DNA of 64,000 nt from an uncultured Verrucomicrobiae bacterium (GTDB lineage Bacteria > Verrucomicrobiota > Verrucomicrobiia > Chthoniobacterales > UBA10450), in assembly GCA_963756875.1 (NCBI GenBank), contig CAVWPA010000003.1, forward strand, positions 608,001 through 672,000, given 5' to 3'. A model generated the notes under the pieces. It made no database searches. It had not been told where the DNA came from and saw only the letters and a program-made list of their open reading frames with translations. Position numbers and translations under genes: made by a program. This document shows positions 51,076 through 61,949 of this stretch, in pieces (positions within the stretch are counted from its first letter, which is position 1; each line of letters opens with the position of its first letter).

Positions 51076-52532
51076 TACACGGCGGGCCGTGCCTTGTGCC
51101 AATCGGTGCTCTGCTCGTAAGCGTGCGCGATTTGAAAGATGCGCGCTTCGTCGAGCGCGTTGCCCAGCAATTGCAGACCAATTGGCAACTGCAAGCCATC
51201 GACCGTAGCGAAGCCGCACGGCACGCTGATTCCACAGATGCCGGCGAGGTTCGCGGGGCTGGTGAAAATGTCCGCCAGATACATTTGCAACGGATCGTCC
51301 GTGCGTTCGCCAAGCTTAAACGCCGGCACGGGCGACGTCGGCGAGATAAGCGCGTCCACTTTCTCAAATGCGTTCGCAAAATCCTGCCGCATCAGTTCGC
51401 GCACCTTTTGCGCGCGTAAATAATAGGCATCGTAATAGCCGGAGCTCAGGACGTACGTGCCAAGAATGATCCGGCGTTTCACCTCCTGACCAAAACCCTG
51501 GCCGCGCGTCCGGCCGTAATGATCGAGCAGATCACGTGGATTTTCCGCGCGATAGCCGTAGCGCACGCCATCGAAGCGCGCCAGATTCGCCGAAGCTTCC
51601 GCCGTTGCCAGAAAATAATAAACAGCGATCCCATATTCCGTGTGCGGCAGGCTCACATCGACAATCTCTGCGCCTAACGAATGCAGATTTTTTACCGCTG
51701 CATCGATCGCGCTTTTTACCTGCGGATCGGTCCCTTCCACCATGTATTCCTTTGGCAAACCAAGGCGAACGCCTTTCAACTCCCTGCCAAGCGCCGCGGT
51801 GTAATCGGGCACCGGCTCGTTTAACGAGGTCGAGTCTTTTGGATCGTGCCCGGCCAGCGCATTCATGATCAACGCAGCGTCTCGTACCGTTTTTGTAAGC
51901 GGCCCGACTTGATCCAGCGACGAGGCGAATGCCGTGACGCCAAATCGCGAGACGCGGCCGTAAGTTGGTTTCAGGCCGACAACGCCGGATAGGGCGGCTG
52001 GCTGGCGGATCGATCCTCCCGTGTCGGTGCCGAGCGCGCCAAATGCGGCATCGGCAGCGACGGCAGCGGCCGAGCCGCCGCTCGAACCGCCCGGCACGCG
52101 TGAGAGGTCCCACGGATTGCGCGCGGGTTTGACGCTCGAATTCTCAGTGGACGACCCCATCGCAAATTCGTCCATGTTTGTTTTGCCGAAAGGGACCGCT
52201 CCTGCGGCGCGTAATTTACGGATCACGGTCGCATCGTAAGGCGCGCGGTATCGCTGCAGGATTTTCGATCCGCATGTGCACGGCTGGCCCATGACGTTGA
52301 TGATGTCCTTGATCGCAATCGGCACGCCGCCCAATGGAAGTTCGACATCTGTTTTTTCGGCTTCTTTCGCGGCAGCTTCAAAATCAATCGAAAGATACGC
52401 GCCGATCTTTGGATCAACTTCTTCGACGCGGGTCCGCAGCGATTCAAGCGCGTCGCGCGGCGAAACTTCGCGGCGACGAAGCAAGCCCTGCAGATCGGCG
52501 ATGGTGAGCGCCGGCAAATCAGGCCGGCTCAT
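51075..52532 (-). CDS. gatA: Glu/Asp-tRNA amidotransferase subunit A
   Basis: [40 protein letters not shown]. Confidence 0.96.
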   Translation of the reverse strand: MSRPDLPALTIADLQGLLRRREVSPRDALESLRTRVEEVDPKIGAYLSIDFEAAAKEAEKTDVELPLGGVPIAIKDIINVMGQPCTCGSKILQRYRAPYDATVIRKLRAAGAVPFGKTNMDEFAMGSSTENSSVKPARNPWDLSRVPGGSSGGSAAAVAADAAFGALGTDTGGSIRQPAALSGVVGLKPTYGRVSRFGVTAFASSLDQVGPLTKTVRDAALIMNALAGHDPKDSTSLNEPVPDYTAALGRELKGVRLGLPKEYMVEGTDPQVKSAIDAAVKNLHSLGAEIVDVSLPHTEYGIAVYYFLATAEASANLARFDGVRYGYRAENPRDLLDHYGRTRGQGFGQEVKRRIILGTYVLSSGYYDAYYLRAQKVRELMRQDFANAFEKVDALISPTSPVPAFKLGERTDDPLQMYLADIFTSPANLAGICGISVPCGFATVDGLQLPIGLQLLGNALDEARIFQIAHAYEQSTDWHKARPAV

Positions 52533-52819
52533 TCGACGACTTTGGTGACGATGAAAAGATTGTTGGCCTTCTGCGGAGCATTGCTTAACGCCTGTTCGGC
52601 CGTGAACCAGTCACGCGGCTCGTCTTCGCGGAAGACATTGAACACCGGGATGGCGTGAGCGGCGGCTTCCACGTGGCTCACATCGACCTGGCGCAATTTC
52701 TCGGCATATTTCAAAATGTCGCCGAGTTGCTTCTGGAACAGCCGGGTTTCTTCGCTGCTCAGGTTCATGCGTGCCAGTTTCGCCACGTAGCCGACATCGA
52801 TCTCGCTTGCTTCCGCCAT
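52529..52819 (-). CDS. gatC: Glu/Asp-tRNA amidotransferase subunit C
   Basis: VAKLARM, FRED, NAP; overlaps the gatA start. Confidence 0.92.
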   Translation of the reverse strand: MAEASEIDVGYVAKLARMNLSSEETRLFQKQLGDILKYAEKLRQVDVSHVEAAAHAIPVFNVFREDEPRDWFTAEQALSNAPQKANNLFIVTKVVE

Positions 52820-52831
52820 TGCTTTCCCGAT

Positions 52832-53197
52832 CTAAAATTGCAAATGGCTCACCAGCCAGATCACTGCTGCCGCCAGAGCGATTACCAGCATTAAAAACAC
52901 AATGCGACCCTCGCGCCGTTCTTTTCGAAGCGAGCCGCGTGGCCGGATAGTCCCTCCGTCGGCCCCGTAGCGTTTGTCCTGCAACGCGACCGAAACGTCG
53001 AGGCGGCTGCCACCTTCACTCGCGCGCATCAGTAACTCTTCACGCTGTCGGCGTTCCACTTCTTCGGCCACGCGTGGCGCATCCGCGATCATGCGCTCCA
53101 GCTTTTTCATCTGCTCGCGCAGCTCCGATTCCTGGCGGGCCAGTTGTTGCTTGGTTTGATCGAGTGTGGTGGCCGATTTAATCGAACGACGAAGCAT
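52832..53197 (-). CDS. Hypothetical coiled-coil protein with C-terminal TM helix
   Basis: Operon position and composition. Confidence 0.75.
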   Translation of the reverse strand: MLRRSIKSATTLDQTKQQLARQESELREQMKKLERMIADAPRVAEEVERRQREELLMRASEGGSRLDVSVALQDKRYGADGGTIRPRGSLRKERREGRIVFLMLVIALAAAVIWLVSHLQF

Positions 53198-53203
53198 GAG
53201 GCA

Positions 53204-53830
53204 TCACCGCGTGGACGACCCCATCCAAAGCAAAAAGAAAAGCGCGAGCAATCCAAAAATGATCAGGGGCAGGCTGAAGGCGAATCCGATCTGCATCCAT
53301 TGCGCGAACGAGCGCCCGCCGTTGAGCTCTGACATGTCGGTCGCGACGTCCGGCAGCGCATCTTCGCCGGCGTTACTGCCGGTCGCTTGCAGGCGACTGC
53401 GTTGCTGGCTGTATTCGGTGCGCGCGCCCTCTACGGTGCTGAGCGCGCGGCTCAATTCCTTATGCAACTCCGCCGGGTTCCAACTCTTGGGATCGATCCC
53501 TTCGATTAACCCCAGATGTTGCGCAAAACTCTCCCGCATCGCCCGCAACTGCTCGAGCCGGGTCTGCGTTTCGTGCGCTTCGCGTTCCAGCACGACGAGC
53601 GACCGTGTCAGCTTGTCGGTCATCTCCGCCCGGCCGCGTTCGAGTTCTTCCTGGCGGCGACTCAACTCCTCCAGCTCGCGTTTTTGTTTTTCGATCTGTT
53701 CCTGCTGGCGCTTGAGCTGAAGCAGTTGCTCCTGCGCTTTCTGCACTTGCGAATCAAGAAGCTCGGGTGAGAGCGGGTCTTCTTCGCTTAATTCCAGCAT
53801 CTGTTCAATCGGTCGAACTTTTTCCGGCAT
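53204..53830 (-). CDS. Hypothetical coiled-coil protein with C-terminal TM helix
   Basis: Q/E-rich heptads, hydrophobic tail; start chosen at MPEKV. Confidence 0.75.
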   Translation of the reverse strand: MPEKVRPIEQMLELSEEDPLSPELLDSQVQKAQEQLLQLKRQQEQIEKQKRELEELSRRQEELERGRAEMTDKLTRSLVVLEREAHETQTRLEQLRAMRESFAQHLGLIEGIDPKSWNPAELHKELSRALSTVEGARTEYSQQRSRLQATGSNAGEDALPDVATDMSELNGGRSFAQWMQIGFAFSLPLIIFGLLALFFLLWMGSSTR

Positions 53831-54026
53831 AGCAAATTTTTTCACTTCGGCGACCTCTGCTTCATGGCGCGCAAATCGCAACTGCCGCCACATTAATGAG
53901 AGCCCTGCAGATTTCCACATTCTTTTTTGGAAAGCACCAGGCACCAAGCTTCAATGTGACTTCGCGCATCCTGTTTGGATATTGACGTTTGGGATTTCCC
54001 TGAGGTTTGGGAATTGGGTTTTCGCG

Positions 54027-55258
54027 TCAGCGTCCCGGCATCATCTCGAACAGCGCGCCCTTAAAATATTCCGTTTCCGGCAATGTCGGGAGCACGGGAT
54101 GATCAGCCGCCTGTTCGAACCGGCGCAATCTTCGCGCCGAGCGTCGTGCATCGACCAAAGCGTCTGCAATGGTTTGGGCAAAAGCCGATTCGCTGACGTG
54201 GTGCGAACAGGAGAATGTCGCCAGGATCCCGTTTTTCGACAAAATTTTGAAGGCGCGCACATGCAACTCGCGATAACCGCGCAGCGCGTCGCGCAATCCA
54301 CCTTTGGTTTTCGTAAACGACGGGGGATCGAGAACGATCAAATCGTATTGGCCCTCCGCTCTCTCGGCCGCGCGCAGGAACTGAAAAACATCCTGCTCTT
54401 TCCAGTCCACGCCGAGTCGATTTAGCGCCGCATTTTGTCTTGCGGCGTTGATGTTCTCCGCATTCTCTTCCACGGCGGTGACCTCCGCCGCTCCCGCCTT
54501 CGCGCACATTAGCGCGAAAGCTCCCTGGTTTGTGAAGCAATCAAGCACGCGGCGACCGGTCGCGTACTGCGCGACGATTTCGTAGTTTTGTTTCTGATCG
54601 AGATAGAAACCAGTCTTCTGCGCGTGCAAAAGATCCGCCGCGAATTTCAAGCCATTGATCTCGATTTCGATTTTGCCGTCGGAGTCGCCGCGCAAAATCC
54701 CGGTCCGCAGCTCTAATCCTTCCGCTTTGCGAACAGGTGCGTCGTTGCGTTCGATGATTGTGGCATGCGCTTCTCTCCGAGCCGCAGGCTCGGACGAGCC
54801 GGAGGCCAGCGCATGATTCATTAGCTGGAAGCCGATGCCACTTTCAATCGCGTCCGCGATCAGGTTTTTTCGCATGTCCATCGCCAGAGTGAGCGTCTGC
54901 AAAACAAAGTGGTCGCCGTACCGGTCGACAATCACGCCGGGCAAACCGTCACTCTCGCTCCACACCACGCGGCAAAGGCGAGGATCGACCCCGCGGCGTT
55001 GCCGATATTCGGTGGCTTGCGCGATTCGACGCGTGAAAAAATCAAGGTCGAGCTCCTGCTTCCGGCGGGAAAATCGCCGGGCCACGATTTGCGACCGGGA
55101 ATTATAAATCGCGCTGCCGATCAAATGGTCCTTGCCGTCCTTGAGCGAAATCACGTCGCCATCCTGTGGTTTGCCGAAGACTTTCAGCACCTCGCTCGAG
55201 AAAACCCAGTCGTGTCCGTGAAGGATGCGCGCGCGAGGTTTATGACGAGGCCGGCCAT
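54027..55258 (-). CDS. RlmI-family SAM-dependent rRNA methyltransferase; apparent -1 error near the start; contains a REP-derived insertion
   Basis: GHDWVF, SESDGLPG.IVDRY, KTGFYLDQ, VLDPPSF, TFSCS; MAGLVI joins KPRARI if one A is restored. Confidence 0.88.
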
Positions 55259-55323
55259 GGAAGGCAGAGAACGTCGAACGCCCAACCCCCAACGTCCAAC
55301 GCTCAAATTAGATTCAAAGAAAT

Positions 55324-55384
55324 TGTAGGGCGGGCGCATCGCCTGCCGTTTTTGCGGTTGGCAAGCGGAGCGCTTGCCCTGCAA
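55324..55384. repeat. GTAG-type REP doublet
   Basis: TGTAGGGCGGGCGCATCGCCTGCC ... GGCAAGCGGAGCGCTTGCCCTGCA. Confidence 0.7.
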
Positions 55385-55411
55385 CAGCAAATCGGCGTCA
55401 TGAGTTGTATC

Positions 55412-56305
55412 ATGCAAACCTCGCCTCAATCCTCAATCGATCTTCCCGGGATCAAAAAACTGCGCAGCGGGAAAGTCCGCGAAGTTTTCGATCTCGGTGA
55501 AACGCTACTTTTCGTTGTCACAGACCGTCTGTCGGCTTTCGACGTCATTTTACCGGATCCAATTCCGCAGAAGGGCGCTGTCCTGAACCAGCTTTCCGCG
55601 TTTTGGTTTAAACGCTTTCACCAGATCGACAATCACTTCATTACCGCGGATTTTGGCGAGTTTCCGAAAAATCTGCAGCCGTTTCGCGAGCAACTGGCGG
55701 GCCGATCGATGATTGTCCGCAAGACCAAACCGTTGCCGGTGGAATGCGTGGTGCGCGGTTATCTCGCCGGGTCGGGCTGGAAGGAATACCAGGAATCGCA
55801 GATCGTTTGTGGCGAAAAATTGCCGCCGGGTCTCAAGCTAGCCTCCCAACTGCCCCGGCCGATCTTTACGCCGGCGACAAAAAGCGAATCAGGCCACGAT
55901 CTCAACATCGATATGCAGGAATGCAGGCGAATGTTGGGCGACGAGATCGCCGGCCGGGCCAAGGAGCTTAGTCTGAAGATCTATTCCGAGGGCCGCGAGC
56001 ACGCGGCGAAGTGCGGCATCATCGTCGCGGACACGAAATTCGAATTTGGGACCCTGGACGGCAAACTGCTTTTGATCGACGAATGCTTGACGCCCGATTC
56101 GTCGCGATTCTGGCCGCGGAGCGAGTACGTGGTTGGCAAGAGTCCGCCGAGTTTCGACAAGCAATTCGTGCGCGATTATTTGGAGACGCTCGATTGGGAC
56201 AAGACGCCGCCGGGGCCGAAATTGCCGGGCGACGTTATCGCGCGCACCGCGGCAAAGTACGTCGAAGCATTCGAGCGGTTGACTGGGGAAAAGTTGAAAT
56301 CTTGA
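55412..56305 (+). CDS. purC: SAICAR synthetase
   Basis: SGKVRE, TDRLSAFD, ECVVRGYLAGSG, ADTKFEFG, TPDSSRFW, DKQFVRD. Confidence 0.96.
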   Translation: MQTSPQSSIDLPGIKKLRSGKVREVFDLGETLLFVVTDRLSAFDVILPDPIPQKGAVLNQLSAFWFKRFHQIDNHFITADFGEFPKNLQPFREQLAGRSMIVRKTKPLPVECVVRGYLAGSGWKEYQESQIVCGEKLPPGLKLASQLPRPIFTPATKSESGHDLNIDMQECRRMLGDEIAGRAKELSLKIYSEGREHAAKCGIIVADTKFEFGTLDGKLLLIDECLTPDSSRFWPRSEYVVGKSPPSFDKQFVRDYLETLDWDKTPPGPKLPGDVIARTAAKYVEAFERLTGEKLKS

Positions 56306-56364
56306 TTTGGAGGGATACGCGCTGTCGTGTCCCAAATATTTGGGCGCCGATGGCGCCCTCCAGT

Positions 56365-57351
56365 TTATTTTCCCAACAACTCGCTCACCATCGATTTTTC
56401 TTCCCTCAGCTCGGCGATCGACTTGTCGATTTTGTCACGACTGAAATCGTTAAGAGGAAGTTTCTGCACGATCTCGCATTTGCCGCCACGCACCCGGACA
56501 GGGAACGACGAGATCAAACCGGCGTCGGCGTTGTAACTTCCGTCGGAACAAAGGGCCACGCTGTGCCAATCCGTGCCCGGCGTGTCATTAGTCAGAAAGC
56601 GCACCGTATCGACGATCGCGTTCGCCGCCGAGCCGGCCGAAGAAAGTCCGCGTGCCTTGATCACCGCAGCGCCGCGCTGTTGCACCGTGGCGATGAATTC
56701 TTCCTGCAGCCATTTTTCGTCGCCGATCACTTCGCTGGCGGGGCGGTTGTCGATGCGCGCGTTGTAAAAATCCGGATATTGCGTGGCGGAATGATTTCCC
56801 CAGATGGTCATGTTGGTGACGCGGGTAATCTCGACTCCGGCCTTGTGTGCAAGCTGCGCGCGGGCGCGGTTTTCATCGAGCCGCGTCATTGCAAACCAGC
56901 GGTCAGGCGGGACCTCTTTTGCATTGCTCATCGCGATGAGGCAATTGGTGTTGCACGGATTCCCGATCACCAGCACGCGCACGTCGGCTGCCGCGTTTCG
57001 CTCAATGGCCTGTCCCTGCCCGATGAAAATTTTGCCGTTCACTCCGAGCAAGTCTTTGCGCTCCATACCCGCCTTGCGCGGGATGCTGCCGACGAGCAGC
57101 GCCCAATTCACATCGCGAAATCCTTCATCGAGATCGGCGGTAGGGACGATGGATTCCAACAACGGAAACGCGCAATCGTGCAGTTCCATGACCACGCCGT
57201 CGAGCGCGCCGAGCACGCTCGGAATTTCGATCAAATGCAAGGCAATCGGCTGGTCTTCTCCAAACATTTGACCCGACGCAACGCGAAAAAGAAGCGAGTA
57301 ACCGATCTGTCCGGCGGCCCCGGTGATAGCGACTTTAAGTGGAGACTTCAT
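56365..57351 (-). CDS. mdh: Malate dehydrogenase
   Basis: [39 protein letters not shown]. Confidence 0.96.
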   Translation of the reverse strand: MKSPLKVAITGAAGQIGYSLLFRVASGQMFGEDQPIALHLIEIPSVLGALDGVVMELHDCAFPLLESIVPTADLDEGFRDVNWALLVGSIPRKAGMERKDLLGVNGKIFIGQGQAIERNAAADVRVLVIGNPCNTNCLIAMSNAKEVPPDRWFAMTRLDENRARAQLAHKAGVEITRVTNMTIWGNHSATQYPDFYNARIDNRPASEVIGDEKWLQEEFIATVQQRGAAVIKARGLSSAGSAANAIVDTVRFLTNDTPGTDWHSVALCSDGSYNADAGLISSFPVRVRGGKCEIVQKLPLNDFSRDKIDKSIAELREEKSMVSELLGK

Positions 57352-57381
57352 GATTCAATTAGCCACGGATGCCACGGTGAG

Positions 57382-57485
57382 CAATGACGAAGCACGAATG
57401 ACGAATGCGGAAGGAAGCTCGAATGCTCAAATGCCGAAGCTCACCAAACTCGAAATCGTCATTGGACATTCGACATTCGTCATTA
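57382..57485. repeat. Inverted heptamer (AATGACG / CGTCATT) element
   Basis: AATGACGAAGCACGAATGACG ... CGTCATTGGACATTCGACATTCGTCATT. Confidence 0.7.
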
Positions 57486-59183
57486 TTACGTTCGTCCGGT
57501 TTTCTCGAGTAACTCCCGTATCAAACTCATCCGCTTCCGCTCTTTCGGACTGGAGCGCAATTCCGCGATGGTGCGTTGCATCCGATGGGTCCAATTGAAA
57601 CTGGCCGCCGTTCCCGGAATGTTGAAACGATACTTGCGCGCGAGCAGGTCGGTGATCAGAACGATCGCGATCCAGGATTCGCTCTTGAAGAGGCCCTCCA
57701 TCATTGCCGGGTAAAAATCTCTTTCGAAATCGATCGGTTCGCTCGGAGGCGTAAAACCGGCGAACCGCGCGATCTTCTCCAGCTCGGAACGGGCCTGGTC
57801 GGAAGTCGAGGTCGGATGAATGAATCCCTCCTCCCATAGCGCACGCATCGGCTTGTGATCGTGCGTCGCATAGGTTGCGACGGAAAGCCGCTCGTACTCG
57901 TTACCCGGCGTGACGCGGTGGTGATAATATTCCCATTGTGGGATCTTGAACCCTGCGATGCCTAACGAACGCAAATTCGGCCGGACGTAATCGGGCACCG
58001 TGCCCAGGTCCTCACCAATCACGCGTTCGGCGCCTGCTTCATCCAAGACAATCCGCAAATATTCCTCACCGTCCCGGCGGTTGGCATCGCAATTTTCCGG
58101 GGCGGAATCGTCGCGTGGCGCGAAGTGTGGCGCGCGCCCGCCGGTTCGCTCCAGCATCTGGTTCCAGTCGAGCGGCAGGAACTCTTTGTTGTGCTGTGGC
58201 CGCCATGGAAATGCGTAGATGCGATAAAAGCCAAGGACGTGATCGATGCGAAACAGATGAAACATTCGCCGCACTCCCCGAACACGGCGCCGCCACCAAT
58301 CGAAGTTGCGCTCGCGCATCACGTCCCAGCGATAAAGCGGGATTCCCCAGTTTTGTCCCCATTTTTGCGTGAACGCATCATCCTTGAAATACGCTTCCGG
58401 AGGCGCGCCGCCGCACCAATCCAGGGCGAACTCATCGCGATGCGCAAAAACGTCCGCGCTGCAATAACTCACGCCAAACGGAATGTCCCCCATGAGGGCC
58501 ACTTCGCGTTCTTCGGCATAAGATTTAACCGCGCGCCATTGTTCGTGCGCGATCCATTGAACATATCGGAAGAAATTCTCGCGTTGAGAAAATGCCGCTG
58601 CTTTGTCGGGCGGCTGCTGATTTAGCCACGTGCGCGCCGTTTCGGGGTGCCGCAGATGCGCCGGCCATTTGTCCCATGCTTCGCGCTCGGCGTTTTCCTC
58701 CATGAGGCCGCGGAAAAACGCATACTCATCGAGCCAATCCGATTCCGCCGTGCAAAAGTCTCGAAATGCTGATCTGCGATGTTCGCCCGCGTTCGCCAGG
58801 AAATGCGCAAACGCCTTCTCCAGAAGACGTCGCTTAATTTTTTTGACCCGCCGATAGCGGACCATGCCATGCCGCAATCGCGTGAGATCGACGCCGGCCA
58901 TCACGGCATCGAAATCTTCGCGCGTTAAATCTTCCGGGGAGCCGGGCGCGAGATGCAATGTAGTCGGTTCGACCGCCGTCGAGCTGATCGCGTTGTATGG
59001 ACTGTTATCGCCGCCGGTTTCATTGATCGGCAGGAGCTCCACGAGTTTGAAACCGCCCTCCGCGGCCCAATCGACGAACTCACGCAGGGCCGCGACGTCG
59101 CCGATACCGAGGTCGTTCTCGCCGCGCAAACCAAAAAGCGGCGCGAGAATCCCGGCGATCTTCTTTTCGGGCGATAGCTCCAT
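57486..59183 (-). CDS. malQ: 4-alpha-glucanotransferase (GH77)
   Basis: SPY, GDIPFGV, GQNWGIP, RIDHVLG, GEDLG, THD, NIPGT. Confidence 0.92.
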   Translation of the reverse strand: MELSPEKKIAGILAPLFGLRGENDLGIGDVAALREFVDWAAEGGFKLVELLPINETGGDNSPYNAISSTAVEPTTLHLAPGSPEDLTREDFDAVMAGVDLTRLRHGMVRYRRVKKIKRRLLEKAFAHFLANAGEHRRSAFRDFCTAESDWLDEYAFFRGLMEENAEREAWDKWPAHLRHPETARTWLNQQPPDKAAAFSQRENFFRYVQWIAHEQWRAVKSYAEEREVALMGDIPFGVSYCSADVFAHRDEFALDWCGGAPPEAYFKDDAFTQKWGQNWGIPLYRWDVMRERNFDWWRRRVRGVRRMFHLFRIDHVLGFYRIYAFPWRPQHNKEFLPLDWNQMLERTGGRAPHFAPRDDSAPENCDANRRDGEEYLRIVLDEAGAERVIGEDLGTVPDYVRPNLRSLGIAGFKIPQWEYYHHRVTPGNEYERLSVATYATHDHKPMRALWEEGFIHPTSTSDQARSELEKIARFAGFTPPSEPIDFERDFYPAMMEGLFKSESWIAIVLITDLLARKYRFNIPGTAASFNWTHRMQRTIAELRSSPKERKRMSLIRELLEKTGRT

Positions 59184-59195
59184 TAGTTTTCCTTA

Positions 59196-59652
59196 GCCAC
59201 AGATGGACACAGATGAAACACCGATCAGAAGACGAGGCGTTTAAATTCTACTTTTGTTCGTCCGAAGTTAATGAGAAGGCCGAGTTTCATGCCCGTTGCT
59301 TTAAGTTCATTGACAAGTTGAGCCTCGTCATGCTTGTCGTTCTGCGGAGCGATTTTGATTTCGATCAAGACGCAGTCTTCAATGATCAGGTCAGCGTCAT
59401 ATTCTCCGACGATCGTATCTTTGTAGCGAACAGTGATCCGCTTTTCTAACTCCGCTCGAAAAATACGCCGGACCAGCTCGACTTGAAGTGCGCGGTGATA
59501 AACGCGCTCCAAAAAACCGTAACCCAGATGATTATAGACTTCGAAAGAAGCTCCAATGATTGCTTCCGTAACTTCCTTGTGCGGAAACGGTGTTTCACCT
59601 TCAAGTCCGACTTCAAGCATTTTATCCGTGTAGATCTGTGTTTATCTGTGGC
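59196..59652. mobile_element. GxxExxY gene cassette bounded by inverted 10-bp-periodic repeats
   Basis: GCCACAGATGGACACAGATGAAACACCGAT (59196-59225) versus ATCCGTGTAGATCTGTGTTTATCTGTGGC (59624-59652). Confidence 0.6.
59225..59620 (-). CDS. GxxExxY protein (PD-(D/E)XK fold)
   Basis: LGYGFLERVY, ADLIIE..VLIEIK, GLLINFG. Confidence 0.92.
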   Translation of the reverse strand: MLEVGLEGETPFPHKEVTEAIIGASFEVYNHLGYGFLERVYHRALQVELVRRIFRAELEKRITVRYKDTIVGEYDADLIIEDCVLIEIKIAPQNDKHDEAQLVNELKATGMKLGLLINFGRTKVEFKRLVF

Positions 59653-59660
59653 GTAAGAAA

Positions 59661-61724
59661 TCAGCTTCTCTTTACTTGCCAGTCTTCAAGCAAATTGACC
59701 GGAATCTCTTTCAGAAATCGCGAGGGCCGCTGGAAGACATCGCCGTAACCGCCGCCGAGACGCATGTGGGGGAAAGCGAGATAGAGCTCGTCGCGCGCGC
59801 GCGTCACCGCCACGTAAAACAATCGTCGTTCTTCTTCCAGCGCCTCGCGCGTGTCGAGCGAACGCGCGCTCGGAAACATTCCGTCAGTCAACCAGATCAC
59901 GAAGACAGCGCGGAACTCCAGGCCTTTCGCCTGATGGACCGACGAGAGGTTGACCGCTTCCTTGTCGGCCCCCTGGTTCGGCGCGGCTTCGGCATCCACA
60001 TTGCTGATCAGCGCCAATTGCGACAGAAACTCGTTCAGATCCTTGAATTGTCGCGCAAACGCGGCGAGCTGATTCAAATCTTCCCGGCGCAATTCGTAGT
60101 TCGTGAAATTTACCTTCGCATAATCGTCGTACATCGCTTCGACCACGGATGTAATCATGGCGGAGGGCGGATTGGGTAGTCCGCCCGGCGCAATCTCGTC
60201 GAGCGTATAAGCCAGTTGCTCCCACGATTTTTTCGAGCGCGCGCTCACGCTCATGGCGCGCAAACGTTTGCCAAAGTTGTAGTCCCGGCTTGTCGGGATG
60301 ACCCCGGTGGGTGATGCGGCATTTTCGGTACCGCGGTCGGCGACCGCGGCTACAGGGACGGGCAGCGATTTCTCCCAGGCGTTCCAGAGGTTATCGGCAC
60401 TGCGATTGCCGATGCCGGGCAACAACTTCACCATCCGCCTGAAAGCGACTTCGTCGCGCGGGTTTGCCACGAACCGTAGGAATGCGGTGACGTCTTTAAT
60501 GTGGGCCTGCTCGAAAAAGCGGATGCCGCTGGTGATCTGATACGGAATACCGCGCCGCGACAATTCCAACTGCAACTCGATGGCGTGAAAATGCGCCCGA
60601 TAAAGCACGGCAATATCCCGGAGATCGACGTCCTCATCGCGCAGCTCCAGGATCCGTTGCGCCACGAATTGTGCCTGCTCCATTCCGTCGTTCAACGCCA
60701 CCAGCGCCGGCTTTACCGCCTGCGAAGTGCGCGTGGGCGCGAGATTCTTTCGAAATTGCTCCACGTTTGCCGCGATGGCCGCGTTTGCCACCTCGAGGAT
60801 CTCCGGCACGCTCCGGTAATTCAGCTCGATCTTAAAAACCCGCGCATCCGGATAACGCTTTGGGAATTCGAGAATGTTCTTAAAATTGGCGCCGCGCCAC
60901 GAGTAGATCGACTGCGCGTCGTCGCCCACAACCATGACGTTGCGATGATCGCGCGCCAGTGTGTCGATCAGGTCTGCCTGGATTTTGTTGGTGTCCTGGT
61001 ATTCATCGACCAGAATGAATTGAAATTGCCGGCGATAAGATTCCGCGATGTCCTCGTTCTGCCGCAACATCAACAGCGTTTTCTCGAGCAGATCGTCGAA
61101 ATCCATCGAGTTGGTGGCCTTTTTCCTTTTCTCGTACCGGGCGTGCACATCCTTGATCCTGTCGAGCAACGCCAGGAAGTAGGGAAACTTTCCGGCGAGC
61201 AATTCTTCCATCGGCGTTTCGGTGTTGACGACGAAACTGAAGATTTCCGCCAGCACATCGCCTTTCGGAAAACGTATTTCCTTCGGATCGATCCCGGCGC
61301 CGGCCACGACCGTGTTGATCAAATCTTTCTGGTCTTCGCGGTCCATGATGGTGAATGCGCTGTTGTAACCAAGGGCGCTGCCGTGACGGCGCAGCATCCG
61401 GTTGCCGATGGAATGGAAGGTGCCGCCCCAAATGCCGCTGGCATCGACCGGCAACAGATTTGCCACGCGATCGAGCATCTGCCGCGCTGCCTTATTGGTA
61501 AACGTGAGCAGCAAAATATTTCGCGGATCGATTCCGTTCTCGAGTAAATAGGCAACGCGATAAGTGAGGGTGCGCGTTTTGCCCGAGCCGGCGCCGGCGA
61601 TGACAAGCAACGGTCCCGGTCCAGCCGTTACCGCCGCCAGTTGCTGCTCATTCAGCTCTGCCGAGTAATCGATGTGGATCGATGTCGATCGTGGTGTGCG
61701 TTGTAGCGTGTATTGGCGAGACAT
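59661..61724 (-). CDS. UvrD/PcrA ATP-dependent DNA helicase; contains a REP-derived insertion
   Basis: AGAGSGKT, VDEYQD, VGDDAQSIY.WRGA, NYRS, HQAKGLEF, YVAVTRA. Confidence 0.95.
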   Translation of the reverse strand: MSRQYTLQRTPRSTSIHIDYSAELNEQQLAAVTAGPGPLLVIAGAGSGKTRTLTYRVAYLLENGIDPRNILLLTFTNKAARQMLDRVANLLPVDASGIWGGTFHSIGNRMLRRHGSALGYNSAFTIMDREDQKDLINTVVAGAGIDPKEIRFPKGDVLAEIFSFVVNTETPMEELLAGKFPYFLALLDRIKDVHARYEKRKKATNSMDFDDLLEKTLLMLRQNEDIAESYRRQFQFILVDEYQDTNKIQADLIDTLARDHRNVMVVGDDAQSIYSWRGANFKNILEFPKRYPDARVFKIELNYRSVPEILEVANAAIAANVEQFRKNLAPTRTSQAVKPALVALNDGMEQAQFVAQRILELRDEDVDLRDIAVLYRAHFHAIELQLELSRRGIPYQITSGIRFFEQAHIKDVTAFLRFVANPRDEVAFRRMVKLLPGIGNRSADNLWNAWEKSLPVPVAAVADRGTENAASPTGVIPTSRDYNFGKRLRAMSVSARSKKSWEQLAYTLDEIAPGGLPNPPSAMITSVVEAMYDDYAKVNFTNYELRREDLNQLAAFARQFKDLNEFLSQLALISNVDAEAAPNQGADKEAVNLSSVHQAKGLEFRAVFVIWLTDGMFPSARSLDTREALEEERRLFYVAVTRARDELYLAFPHMRLGGGYGDVFQRPSRFLKEIPVNLLEDWQVKRS

Positions 61725-61839
61725 GAGACGCGATAGGGTGGGTCGGCCTACGCTGCTTGCACGGCAACATCTCTTCAACGGAAATCTGGTTAAAGAACCC
61801 GGTCGGGTCAGTGAAAAGCCTGGGCGAAGCTGCAACTCC

Positions 61840-61897
61840 TGTAGAGGCAGCCGTGTCGGCTGCGTTGCTTTTTGCAGGCGACACGGCTGCCTCTACA
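61840..61897. repeat. GTAG-type REP doublet (REPIN)
   Basis: TGTAGAGGCAGCCGTGTCGGCTGC ... GCAGGCGACACGGCTGCCTCTACA. Confidence 0.88.
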
Positions 61898-61949
61898 GGG
61901 GGAGAGTACAATGAGAGATGTCTCGACTTCGCTCGACATGACAGAAATG

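Noticed and set aside
56011..57387. Long antisense or shadow ORFs (also 60501-61547, 37632-38762 and others)
   Set aside because: Overlap well-supported genes; expected from GC-rich codon bias
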